From assembly GCF_000008385.1 (NCBI RefSeq), contig NC_006833.1, forward strand, positions 930,001-962,000: 32,000 nucleotides of DNA. Reading direction: 5' to 3'. The stretch's first letter is position 1; the number at the start of each line of letters is the position of its first letter. Under the pieces are notes generated by a model that was not told the origin of the DNA, searched no databases, and saw only the letters and a list, made by a program, of their open reading frames with translations. Made by a program: the position numbers and the translations under genes. This DNA is from Wolbachia endosymbiont strain TRS of Brugia malayi (lineage in GTDB: Bacteria > Pseudomonadota > Alphaproteobacteria > Rickettsiales > Anaplasmataceae). This document shows positions 9,864 to 18,159 of this stretch, in pieces.

Positions 9864-9973
9864 ATTTTCTTATGTAAAACCACACACTTACATATTTATC
9901 TTATTGCAAATTCCGGTTTTATAAAAGTAGTTTTTTCTTTATAGTTAAGAATAAATCATCAAGTAGGTATTGC

Positions 9974-10726
9974 ATGGATTACTGTCATAAAAAACTAGTA
10001 AATAATCTTAAGTCATCAATTTTTTGTGGAACAAAAGGGTTTTTAACTTTTAGTTTGGCCTTTTTAAGTTATTTGGAATATAGCTCACGTCATAATACAA
10101 AACTACAAGAAGGTGCTGCTTTCGCAATGAAAAGAAACATTATTCCATTTCTTGAAATGACAATTATAGCACTGTTCGTCTGCTTTGTACTACCAGCTAT
10201 GGTAGATAATATAAGCTTCATGCTATGTGCATCTATATGTGCTGCGTTGATGATTGCTACATGTTTTGTCGTAAGAACTTTTAATCTGCGTGAGAAGTTA
10301 CTAGAAAAGATCACCAACCATGGTAGAAAAGAAATAGACGAAGAATTTAAGAAGGATTCTATAAAATTTCCTATTTTTGATCAAAATAGAAAACAAATTG
10401 AGTATAATTCACCTAACCAAGAACAATTATCAAACGAAACAGGTAGCACCTCTTTTTTTGTTACGTTCTTAGTTTTTCCTCTGAAGGTTCTTCAAAGCTG
10501 CATAATGCTATCTTTAGCCGCCATTGAACTTCTCGAAGCAGTACCAAGTTTTTGTGTTGATTTAGTTTTTGATAGAAGTCCTTTTGCATCTACAAAGAGT
10601 AACTTGCAGAGATCTGGCCATTTATTATATGTTAGTGTGAGAAATTTAGTGCCTATATCTATACTTGATGAGTGTGTAGCTGATTTTACAGGCACCCCAA
10701 AAGTAACTTGTTGTAGTAGTGCGTAG
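9974..10726 (+). CDS. Orphan multi-pass membrane protein (unknown function)
   Basis: 250-aa ORF with 3-4 hydrophobic segments, including IIPFLEMTIIALFVCFVLPAMV / ISFMLCASICAALMIATCFVV and FFVTFLVFPLKVLQSCIMLSLAAI. Its TAG stop abuts the hemH GTG start with zero spacing. I recognise no family motif. Confidence 0.5.
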   Translation: MDYCHKKLVNNLKSSIFCGTKGFLTFSLAFLSYLEYSSRHNTKLQEGAAFAMKRNIIPFLEMTIIALFVCFVLPAMVDNISFMLCASICAALMIATCFVVRTFNLREKLLEKITNHGRKEIDEEFKKDSIKFPIFDQNRKQIEYNSPNQEQLSNETGSTSFFVTFLVFPLKVLQSCIMLSLAAIELLEAVPSFCVDLVFDRSPFASTKSNLQRSGHLLYVSVRNLVPISILDECVADFTGTPKVTCCSSA

Positions 10727-11749
10727 GTGAAAAAGGCAGTTGTCTTACTTAACCTTGGTGGACCTGACTCACTGAGTGCGGTCCGTCCTTTTTTATTTAA
10801 TCTTTTTTATGATAAGAGAATAATTAATTTGCCCAATCCTTTTCGGTTCTTTTTAGCAAAATTTATATCCGCAAAACGAGAAAATAATGCACGAAAAATA
10901 TATGAACAAATTGGAGGCAAATCACCAATCTTAGAAAACACAAAAATGCAAGCTGAAGCACTTGAGCGAGAGCTTAATAGATCTGTCTTTTGTCATCCAA
11001 GTAGCGTGACACTGGGGCCTAGAAAAGAAAACTGGATTCCAGTGTCACGCATAGGAATGACATCAAAACTGACCAAAGTTTTCATCTGCATGCGCTACTG
11101 GCATCCATTTGCCAATGAAGTTGTTAAAAGTGTAAAGCAGTTTGATCCTGATGAAGTAATTCTGCTGCCGTTATATCCTCAATATTCAACTACTACAACT
11201 TTGTCATCCATCGAAAATTGGCAAAAAAATGCTAAACAATATGGCATAAAATGTAACACAAAAATAATTCGCCACCATTATGATAACCAAGATTTTATTG
11301 AGGCCCACGCTAACCTGATAACTAAACACTATAAATTAGCTAGTGAAGTTGGTAAACCAAGAGTTCTATTTTCAGCCCATAGCCTGCCTCTCAGTGTTAT
11401 TAAAAAAGGCGACCCATATGCCTTACAGGTAGAAGAAACAGTAAAACTGATAGTAAAAAAATTACATATTAAAGATCTTGACTGGTCAATATGCTATCAG
11501 AGCAAGATCGGCCCTGTAAAATGGCTAGAACCAAGCACTGAAAGCGAGTTATTACGTGCAAAAGCTGATGGCGTACCTGTAGTTTTATTACCAATATCTT
11601 TTGTTTCTGAGCATTCAGAAACGCTTGTTGAACTTGACATGGAATATAAAACTATTATCAAGGATGGATATTACTTTCGCATACCAACTCTTAGTACTAA
11701 CTCCTTGTTTATTAAGTGCCTAGCTGGTTTATGTATAAACCACTCTTAA
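10727..11749 (+). CDS. hemH: Ferrochelatase (carries an in-frame palindromic-repeat insertion)
   Basis: [58 protein letters not shown] and [12 protein letters not shown] start. Confidence 0.9.
   Translation: MKKAVVLLNLGGPDSLSAVRPFLFNLFYDKRIINLPNPFRFFLAKFISAKRENNARKIYEQIGGKSPILENTKMQAEALERELNRSVFCHPSSVTLGPRKENWIPVSRIGMTSKLTKVFICMRYWHPFANEVVKSVKQFDPDEVILLPLYPQYSTTTTLSSIENWQKNAKQYGIKCNTKIIRHHYDNQDFIEAHANLITKHYKLASEVGKPRVLFSAHSLPLSVIKKGDPYALQVEETVKLIVKKLHIKDLDWSICYQSKIGPVKWLEPSTESELLRAKADGVPVVLLPISFVSEHSETLVELDMEYKTIIKDGYYFRIPTLSTNSLFIKCLAGLCINHS
10991..11061. repeat. Palindromic repeat element inside the hemH coding sequence
   Basis: The left arm is TGTCATCCAAGTAGCGTGACACTGG and the right arm is CCAGTGTCACGCATAGGAATGACA. 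The outer TGTCAT/ATGACA and inner GTGACACTGG/CCAGTGTCAC pair perfectly. It is related to the copies at 21069-21158 and 6275-6301. Confidence 0.7.
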
Positions 11750-11826
11750 GGTCTTGATTTATAGTGCTTTTCTTTTAGGACTCCATGTGATAGAATGATA
11801 AGAGATTATTATTCTATTAGTTATTT

Positions 11827-12681
11827 ATGCTGAATAAGCCAACAAAAGAATCAAATATGTCCGTAAAAGTGATACATAAGCTTCATGGTCATCATATCAG
11901 GAAGATAATCTGTATTACAACAGCTTTAACAATGTTGCTGTGTAAGATCTCACTACAATTCTGCTGTGAGTTTATTAACAATAATAGATCAAATATCTCC
12001 TTTACATGGAAGGTTGCCAAGTTAATAAAATTGCCAATATCCATATTATACACTCTCCATTTAGGACTCAATTTAGCTGGATACAAATCTAAAAGTAAAT
12101 CAAGTAATAAAGATAAACCTAAAGAACTAGTAGAGTTTATAGGTGAATTAGCTCTCTTGATAAGCAGTATCATAGGAGTATCGACACAGATGAAAATCAC
12201 CCATTTGTTTGCTGCAGGCGCAGTTAGTCATGTGGGGCTTGCATCAACAATTCTATTTCTATTTATTTCAGAACCTATAAACTACTATTATACATATAAA
12301 CAATATCAAGAGGCATATAAAAAATACCAAGACGTAAGTAAAGAATATCAAGGTAAAAAGGATACTGATGAGCTTACAAAATGTGAAGCTGATCTTGCTA
12401 AATGCAATAAGGACCTCATTATCAGCACACTGACTCTGTCATTAGGTTTATTAAATTTTATATTAAAAAGGATAGAAATTGCAACCATACCAATAGACTT
12501 GGGTAATGGTATAATCTATAATTTCAATTGGAGCGTAGCAGCCAGCATAATATATAGCACAGCATTTCTGGCAATCCAGCTTGACAAACTGTTTAATCAA
12601 CCTATCAACAATGATCCTTCTACTGAACTTGGTAATACTACTAATCATAATCATGATCTGCACAATGGCTGCGCTATATAG
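11827..12681 (+). CDS. Orphan multi-pass membrane protein with a central Y/K/Q-rich loop and His-rich C-terminus
   Basis: 284-aa ORF with about 6 hydrophobic segments, a central YYYTYKQYQEAYKKYQDVSKEYQGKKDTDELTKCEADLAKCNKD loop, and a C-terminus NTTNHNHDLHNGCAI. It lies 77 bp downstream of hemH on the same strand. No family recognised. Confidence 0.5.
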   Translation: MLNKPTKESNMSVKVIHKLHGHHIRKIICITTALTMLLCKISLQFCCEFINNNRSNISFTWKVAKLIKLPISILYTLHLGLNLAGYKSKSKSSNKDKPKELVEFIGELALLISSIIGVSTQMKITHLFAAGAVSHVGLASTILFLFISEPINYYYTYKQYQEAYKKYQDVSKEYQGKKDTDELTKCEADLAKCNKDLIISTLTLSLGLLNFILKRIEIATIPIDLGNGIIYNFNWSVAASIIYSTAFLAIQLDKLFNQPINNDPSTELGNTTNHNHDLHNGCAI

Positions 12682-12690
12682 AAGTAGAAA

Positions 12691-13851
12691 TTAGATATGA
12701 AAAGACCTCATTTCTACTGCTAATGCTAGCACTGCTAATTTGCTAACTGTACCCCAAAGTGACAGGGTTTTATTTTCTACAACTTGGCTAACATCATAAA
12801 ACTTACAGTTAGTAGAATTTAAGCTAGAATATATATCTTTTCTGCTATTGCAACGGTATAAATAGCAAGTTGGAGTATTTCCTATATAGTATATAAGCGG
12901 CTCTGCAGGACTACATTCAAATATATCGATAGTAGGTACACCTTCTTGTATAATAACGCTATTGACTTCTATACCTTCTTTTATCTTTTTCATTTTATGA
13001 CGCTTTTTTTTATTGAGGGTCAATATTTCTTCTCCGCTTGTTGCTGTTATAATGCCCATTCCATATGTTCCATTGCTTGCTTTGATAAAAACATAAGGTT
13101 GAGTCTTTATTCCATATTCCTCATACTTTTTTTGCACTAGAGACAATACTTGGTCAACTTTAGTTGCTACTGTTTCTAGCGGTGAATCGTCATTGAAATC
13201 TACTTCATCACAGCCCTCTGTAAATGCAGAAATAAGCCATGGATCTATTTTAAATTCGCTACAGAACTCGGACACTAATTTTTTATAAATTTTAAAATAT
13301 TTAAACTTCTGCCTGCTGTGCCAACCATATAATGGACTCGGTATTATCTCTTGTTTTACATTTTCTAACATATCGGGAATATGACTTGTCATATCCCGGT
13401 TTAGTATAATAACATCTGGCATAAATCCTGAAGTTGTCTTGAGCAGAGAGTTTTCTTTCACAATAGTTTCATACGGCTCTATTAAATTGTATGCTTCATT
13501 ATGAAAGAGACCAATTCTCGTTTCAAAACCTGCTTGTTGTAGTATTACCTCTATAGCAAACACGTTTTCTATATACATTTTATTTCGCGTGTAGTTCTCC
13601 GGTATTATGAGAACTCTTTTATGTTGCTTCCCTTCAAAGTAGCTCCTCATTAGCTCTGCTGTTGTTGCCTTTGACATTTCACTTAGATTATTAAATCCTG
13701 CAGGAAACAAATTGGCGTCTATTGGGGCAATTTTGTAACCAGAATTTCTAAGATCTATAGAGTTATAAAATGGTAATGTAAGGCTGTTAAACTGTGTCTC
13801 AAACCAATTATTTATACTTTTTTCTAAATTTGGATGAATTATATTTTGCAT
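12691..13851 (-). CDS. gshA: Glutamate--cysteine ligase of the rare proteobacterial GshA type (tentative)
   Basis: 386-aa ORF. The N-terminal block FYNSIDLRNSGYKIAPIDANLFPAGFNNL matches my recollection of the Thiobacillus ferrooxidans-type GshA family. I could not run a search to confirm. Confidence 0.55.
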   Translation of the reverse strand: MQNIIHPNLEKSINNWFETQFNSLTLPFYNSIDLRNSGYKIAPIDANLFPAGFNNLSEMSKATTAELMRSYFEGKQHKRVLIIPENYTRNKMYIENVFAIEVILQQAGFETRIGLFHNEAYNLIEPYETIVKENSLLKTTSGFMPDVIILNRDMTSHIPDMLENVKQEIIPSPLYGWHSRQKFKYFKIYKKLVSEFCSEFKIDPWLISAFTEGCDEVDFNDDSPLETVATKVDQVLSLVQKKYEEYGIKTQPYVFIKASNGTYGMGIITATSGEEILTLNKKKRHKMKKIKEGIEVNSVIIQEGVPTIDIFECSPAEPLIYYIGNTPTCYLYRCNSRKDIYSSLNSTNCKFYDVSQVVENKTLSLWGTVSKLAVLALAVEMRSFHI

Positions 13852-13957
13852 CTACACTTTAAATGTTATAAGGAAGATACTATATTATAAGCTATAGCTA
13901 AACATATTTAACTAACGATTACAGTATAATGAAATTACTATTTAAACTGACACAAAA

Positions 13958-14512
13958 ATGATTCAACACGACAGCAGCAAAATGTATGGAACTACCATAC
14001 TGTCAATTAGGAAAGACAAAAGCGTAATAGTAATAGGTGATGGACAGGTTTCATTAGGACATACTGTTATAAAATCTGGGGCAAAAAAAGTCAGGCGTCT
14101 TTCTAGTGATTCCGTTATTGCCGGTTTTGCTGGAGCAACAGCTGATGCATTTACTCTTTTTGAAAGACTAGAATCTAAACTCGATAAACATCCAGGACAA
14201 TTAATGAGAGCATGCGTTGAACTTGCAAAAGATTGGAGAATGGATAAGTATTTAAGAAAACTGGAAGCTATGATGATAGTTGCAGATAAGTCTATTTCGT
14301 TAGTAATCACAGGAACAGGTGATGTTCTTGAACCTGAAGATGGAATTGCAGCAATTGGCTCTGGGGGAAATTTTGCCCTATCTGCAGCAAAAGCTTTGAT
14401 TGACATCAAAGGAATATCAATAGAGGAGATTGCAAAAAAAGCTATGAAAATAGCAGCCGATATATGTGTTTACACAAATCATAATGTAGTTGTTGAAAAG
14501 ATAGAGGGATAA
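13958..14512 (+). CDS. hslV: ATP-dependent protease subunit HslV
   Basis: [10 protein letters not shown] (N-terminal Thr nucleophile), [19 protein letters not shown] and [14 protein letters not shown]. Confidence 0.95.
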   Translation: MIQHDSSKMYGTTILSIRKDKSVIVIGDGQVSLGHTVIKSGAKKVRRLSSDSVIAGFAGATADAFTLFERLESKLDKHPGQLMRACVELAKDWRMDKYLRKLEAMMIVADKSISLVITGTGDVLEPEDGIAAIGSGGNFALSAAKALIDIKGISIEEIAKKAMKIAADICVYTNHNVVVEKIEG

Positions 14513-14513
14513 T

Positions 14514-16004
14514 ATGTCTTTTGATGAACGAAAAATTTTACGTACTAATTTCTCCAATCAACCTATGATCTCAGGAGGGCAATCTTGTAGCAGTGATACT
14601 TGCAATAAAAAAAGTGACCTATATAAAGATACTAGAAGTGATTGTGATTCGAATAATAGCAGTGCTCAAGTTAATAATAGCACACAAATTTTATTAGATG
14701 ATCTGCCACCACAGAAGATAGTTAAAGAGCTAGATAGGTTCATAATCGGGCAAGATGATGCAAAGCGTGCTGTTGCAATTGCACTCAGGAATCGTTGGCG
14801 TCGCAACAAAGTTCCTCTTCCTTTGCGTGATGAAATCATACCTAAAAATATACTGATGATTGGTCACACAGGGGTTGGTAAAACTGAAATAGCTCGTCGC
14901 TTAGCAAAGCTTGCAGGTGCACCGTTCATAAAAGTTGAGGCAACGAAATTTACCGAGATAGGATATGTTGGACGTGATGTTGACTCAATAACACGTGACT
15001 TAGTTGATGCAGCAATAGTTTTAGTTAAGGAAAAAGCTCGCAAAGCCCTAGCTAAAAAAGCTTTGAATTTAGCTGAGAAGATAATAGTCAATTCTATGGT
15101 CGGCGAAAATGCAACCGAAGAAAGTAAAAAGACTTACAGAGAAAGATTGAGAAATAAAGAGTTTGAAGATGGGGAAGTTTCCATTAACGTTAGAGAGAGC
15201 AAGAGCATGTTACCTACTTTTGATATACCAGGCATGCCAGGTAGGCAAGTTGGTGTAGTGAACGTAACAGAGCTAATGGGTAAAATGTTCAACGGGGGTA
15301 AAAAGACAAAAACCATTACAGTTAAGGTAAAAGAAGCGCGTGAAATATTGATTAATGAAGAAAGTGAAAGGTTAATGGATGAAGATAAGATAATCAAAGA
15401 AGCCATCGATCTTGTTAGCAATGAAGGCATAGTATTTTTGGATGAAATAGATAAAATTGCAGCGCGCACAGAAGTAAAAGGTGAAGTAAATAGAGAGGGA
15501 GTACAACGTGATTTATTACCGTTACTTGAAGGAACAACCGTTTCAACTAAATATGGCTACGTAAAAACAGACTATATATTATTTATTGCATCCGGTGCCT
15601 TTCATCTGTCTAAGCCATCCGATCTTTTACCAGAATTGCAAGGTAGGCTACCAATCAGAGTAGAACTTAAAGCACTTACTCAAGAAGATTTAATAAAGAT
15701 ATTAAAAGAACCGGAATCCAGTTTGTTAAAGCAGTACATAGCTTTAATGAAAACAGAAAATGTAACACTTGAGTTCACTGATGATGGAATTGAAACCATA
15801 GCTGAAATAGCGTTTACAGTTAATAGGGAAGTGGAAAACATAGGTGCAAGGAGGCTTCATACTATCATGGAGAAGCTTTTGGATGAAATAAGTTTTATCG
15901 CTTCTGAAAAAAATGGTGAAAAATTTGTTATAGATAGCAAATATGTGAAAGATAAACTAGAATCGATTTCAAAACAACTAGATTTATCTAGGTTTATACT
16001 TTAA
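14514..16004 (+). CDS. hslU: ATP-dependent protease ATPase subunit HslU (with a ~60-aa N-terminal extension)
   Basis: [32 protein letters not shown], Walker [16 protein letters not shown], Walker [10 protein letters not shown], and [11 protein letters not shown]. The ATG lies 1 nt after the hslV stop. Confidence 0.95.
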   Translation: MSFDERKILRTNFSNQPMISGGQSCSSDTCNKKSDLYKDTRSDCDSNNSSAQVNNSTQILLDDLPPQKIVKELDRFIIGQDDAKRAVAIALRNRWRRNKVPLPLRDEIIPKNILMIGHTGVGKTEIARRLAKLAGAPFIKVEATKFTEIGYVGRDVDSITRDLVDAAIVLVKEKARKALAKKALNLAEKIIVNSMVGENATEESKKTYRERLRNKEFEDGEVSINVRESKSMLPTFDIPGMPGRQVGVVNVTELMGKMFNGGKKTKTITVKVKEAREILINEESERLMDEDKIIKEAIDLVSNEGIVFLDEIDKIAARTEVKGEVNREGVQRDLLPLLEGTTVSTKYGYVKTDYILFIASGAFHLSKPSDLLPELQGRLPIRVELKALTQEDLIKILKEPESSLLKQYIALMKTENVTLEFTDDGIETIAEIAFTVNREVENIGARRLHTIMEKLLDEISFIASEKNGEKFVIDSKYVKDKLESISKQLDLSRFIL

Positions 16005-16045
16005 AAAAATATGTTAATGATTTTATATATAATATTAATATAGGT

Positions 16046-16645
16046 ATGTCAATAGAACAAAAAGCATGTTAGTACAAGACACTTAAGGTATATTAGACAA
16101 CAGTAATGAATTTTTTGATGCAGGAGAGCTTCCTAAAGAATACATTGAATTAAAAGAAAAAGCTAAATCTGAATTTAGCACATATATTAAAGATGATATT
16201 ATTAACAACATATTAATTTACCGAAGTTACCGAAATAATAACAGTAGCTTTCACGCAAGAATAACACTACAAGATAAGGATACGGCTGTAAAGTAAGCGA
16301 ACTTTTAAATAGTAAATTCTATAAAGGTAACAAAATCACTGATTTTTCAATATTAGATAATGATGACAGAAAAATTACAAATGATTATGTTATTGAGAGT
16401 GGTGATGGTAAAAAAGTTAGAGTCAGATGTTATGACTTAGCTAATTCTTCTCTATATGAATGTGAATTCAGTTTAAATGGTACATCAATGGAAAAAAATG
16501 CAACATTGCATTGAGTTCTGATAGCAATATTAAAATAGTAGGTAGCAAACCAAGTTATGAAGATTTAGAGAAAGACATAGATGTTAAAATCAAACTTGAT
16601 GGTAAGGAACTAAGTCTCATTGATGCTATAAAAGAACTAGAATAA
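16046..16645 (+). pseudogene. Decayed gene of unknown function
   Basis: The reading can be followed across at least 4 frame changes and stops: MSIEQKAC / DNSNEFFDAGELPKEYIELKEKAKSEFSTYIKDDIINNILIYRSYRNNNSSFHARITLQDKDTAVK* / SIKVTKSLIFQY (fs) ...GDGKKVRVRCYDLANSSLYECEFSLNGTSMEKNATL / SSDSNIKIVGSKPSYEDLEKDIDVKIKLDGKELSLIDAIKELE*. Confidence 0.35.
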
Positions 16646-16869
16646 AAGAGTAAGCTTAACAAGCTAGAAATAGAAGAAGCTTTATCCATTAAGATTTAAG
16701 ACAAAGTTAGTTAACTTGTTGTGTAAGTGCTGTCAAGCATAACACCACCTGTCACACAAATTACCTGCAAATTGTAATGTGTCCGTACAGTCTATTAAAC
16801 ATTTCCCTTTGAGGCCTGCCATGGCTGTTGCACTGTTTGTATAAATTTCATAATTAAATAGGATGATGC

Positions 16870-17988
16870 ACTTTTGCCCTCTCTTAGTTTACAAATATAC
16901 TAATCATTTTTTGAATCAAAGCCTTTTCTACTTTTGCTCATTTCATTCTTTAATTCTTTATACATTTCTTTTAGCACTTTTCTTCCCCCTTGCTTTTATG
17001 TCGTTACTTTGCAGTAAAGTTTCAATTTGGTATGCATCATACCTGAGTAAGATCTGTTTTCCTCATATGTAGATTAGCTCTATCTAAAATTTCCTGAAGA
17101 GATCTGTATACAAAAGGTTTTGAATTCAAAAAATTACTAGGATCATTACACGTATAATGTATATATTGTTAAAAATGCTTTTGTACTATTTTATCTATTC
17201 CTTCTAAATATTTATTGCCAGAGTTACTTGTATCACGGGATTTATTTACAAAACCTAAAATTCCTAAGCCTTTAATCATTCTTAAACCCTTTATCAAGTC
17301 CAGCTCTCCATCTAGCTTTAGTTACTCCCCTTAACTGAGATTTTGCTTCCTTTCCTTCAATCTTATGTTTTTTTGACTTTATAAACATAAATAATTTACT
17401 ATGTTGCTCAGGTTTATCAAATTTCTTTCGCAGATCATTTTGTCTATTCTGTAGAGTTTTAATCTGATCATCAAGACTAACAGTTTGCTCAACTCCTTTT
17501 TTAATTTGCTTAGATTTGCTCTTTGTCTGAGGAAGTTTTTCTCAGATGCAGCAGAATTATTTTGCCCTTTAGAAACAGTTGTAATTTCAACTTTTCTTAG
17601 CACTCTTTTGCTAAGCACCTTCCTATTACCTTCTAATTCAGCAAATTTTTGCTGACCTGAATTCTGCAATTGTTTTTGAGATATATCATCGTTTATCGCA
17701 ACCTTTTTTTGAGACTGTCGGCTTTAAGTTAGATAATATTTCACTTTTACTTGATATTAAACCTGTATCAAACGCTTCGCTGTCACCTGTTAAGTTGGAA
17801 TCGAAAGTTAAGAAAGCATAAGCTTTACTTTCTTTTAGAGGCTTGATTATTTTTAGCCTTTGGCCTAACTTTTATTGGTACTATTTCATTTTTTATTGAA
17901 GCGGAATCAGAATAATTGGACTACTAATAGTCTTTACAGTTTGGCTAGCTGATTTCGACTTCTTTGGTTTTTTTGTCTTCTTATTCAT
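16870..17988 (-). pseudogene. Decayed gene for a Lys-rich protein of unknown function
   Basis: From the ATG at 17988: MNKKTKKPKKSKSASQTVKTISS..., then fragments in shifting frames, including ORF 17379..17669, KGVEQTVSLDDQIKTLQNRQNDLRKKFDKPEQ, and IKGLGILGFVNKSRDTSNSGNKYLEGIDKIVQKHF. There are many stops. The 3' boundary is uncertain. Confidence 0.3.
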
Positions 17989-18159
17989 TTCGAGCCTTCA
18001 ACTTTTTAATATAACTCAATTTTAAACGGTAATTATTAACTATGTGTGAATGTCATTTTGTGGCAAAATCTCCTATGATATTTGTAAAGCAAGAAAACAA
18101 AGACTTGATTTCTGTAGCTAAATAATGGACTATCAAGGGCACACATAAATATCTCTACA

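Noticed and set aside
10712-10726. C-terminal ..TCCSSA of ORF 9974..10726 as a eukaryotic CaaX prenylation box (as used by some intracellular-pathogen effectors)
   Set aside because: CSSA has Ser at both 'aliphatic' positions, which makes it a poor farnesyl/geranylgeranyl transferase substrate. It is a single instance with no supporting evidence. The 11827..12681 ORF ends GCAI, which is one residue short of a CaaX box.
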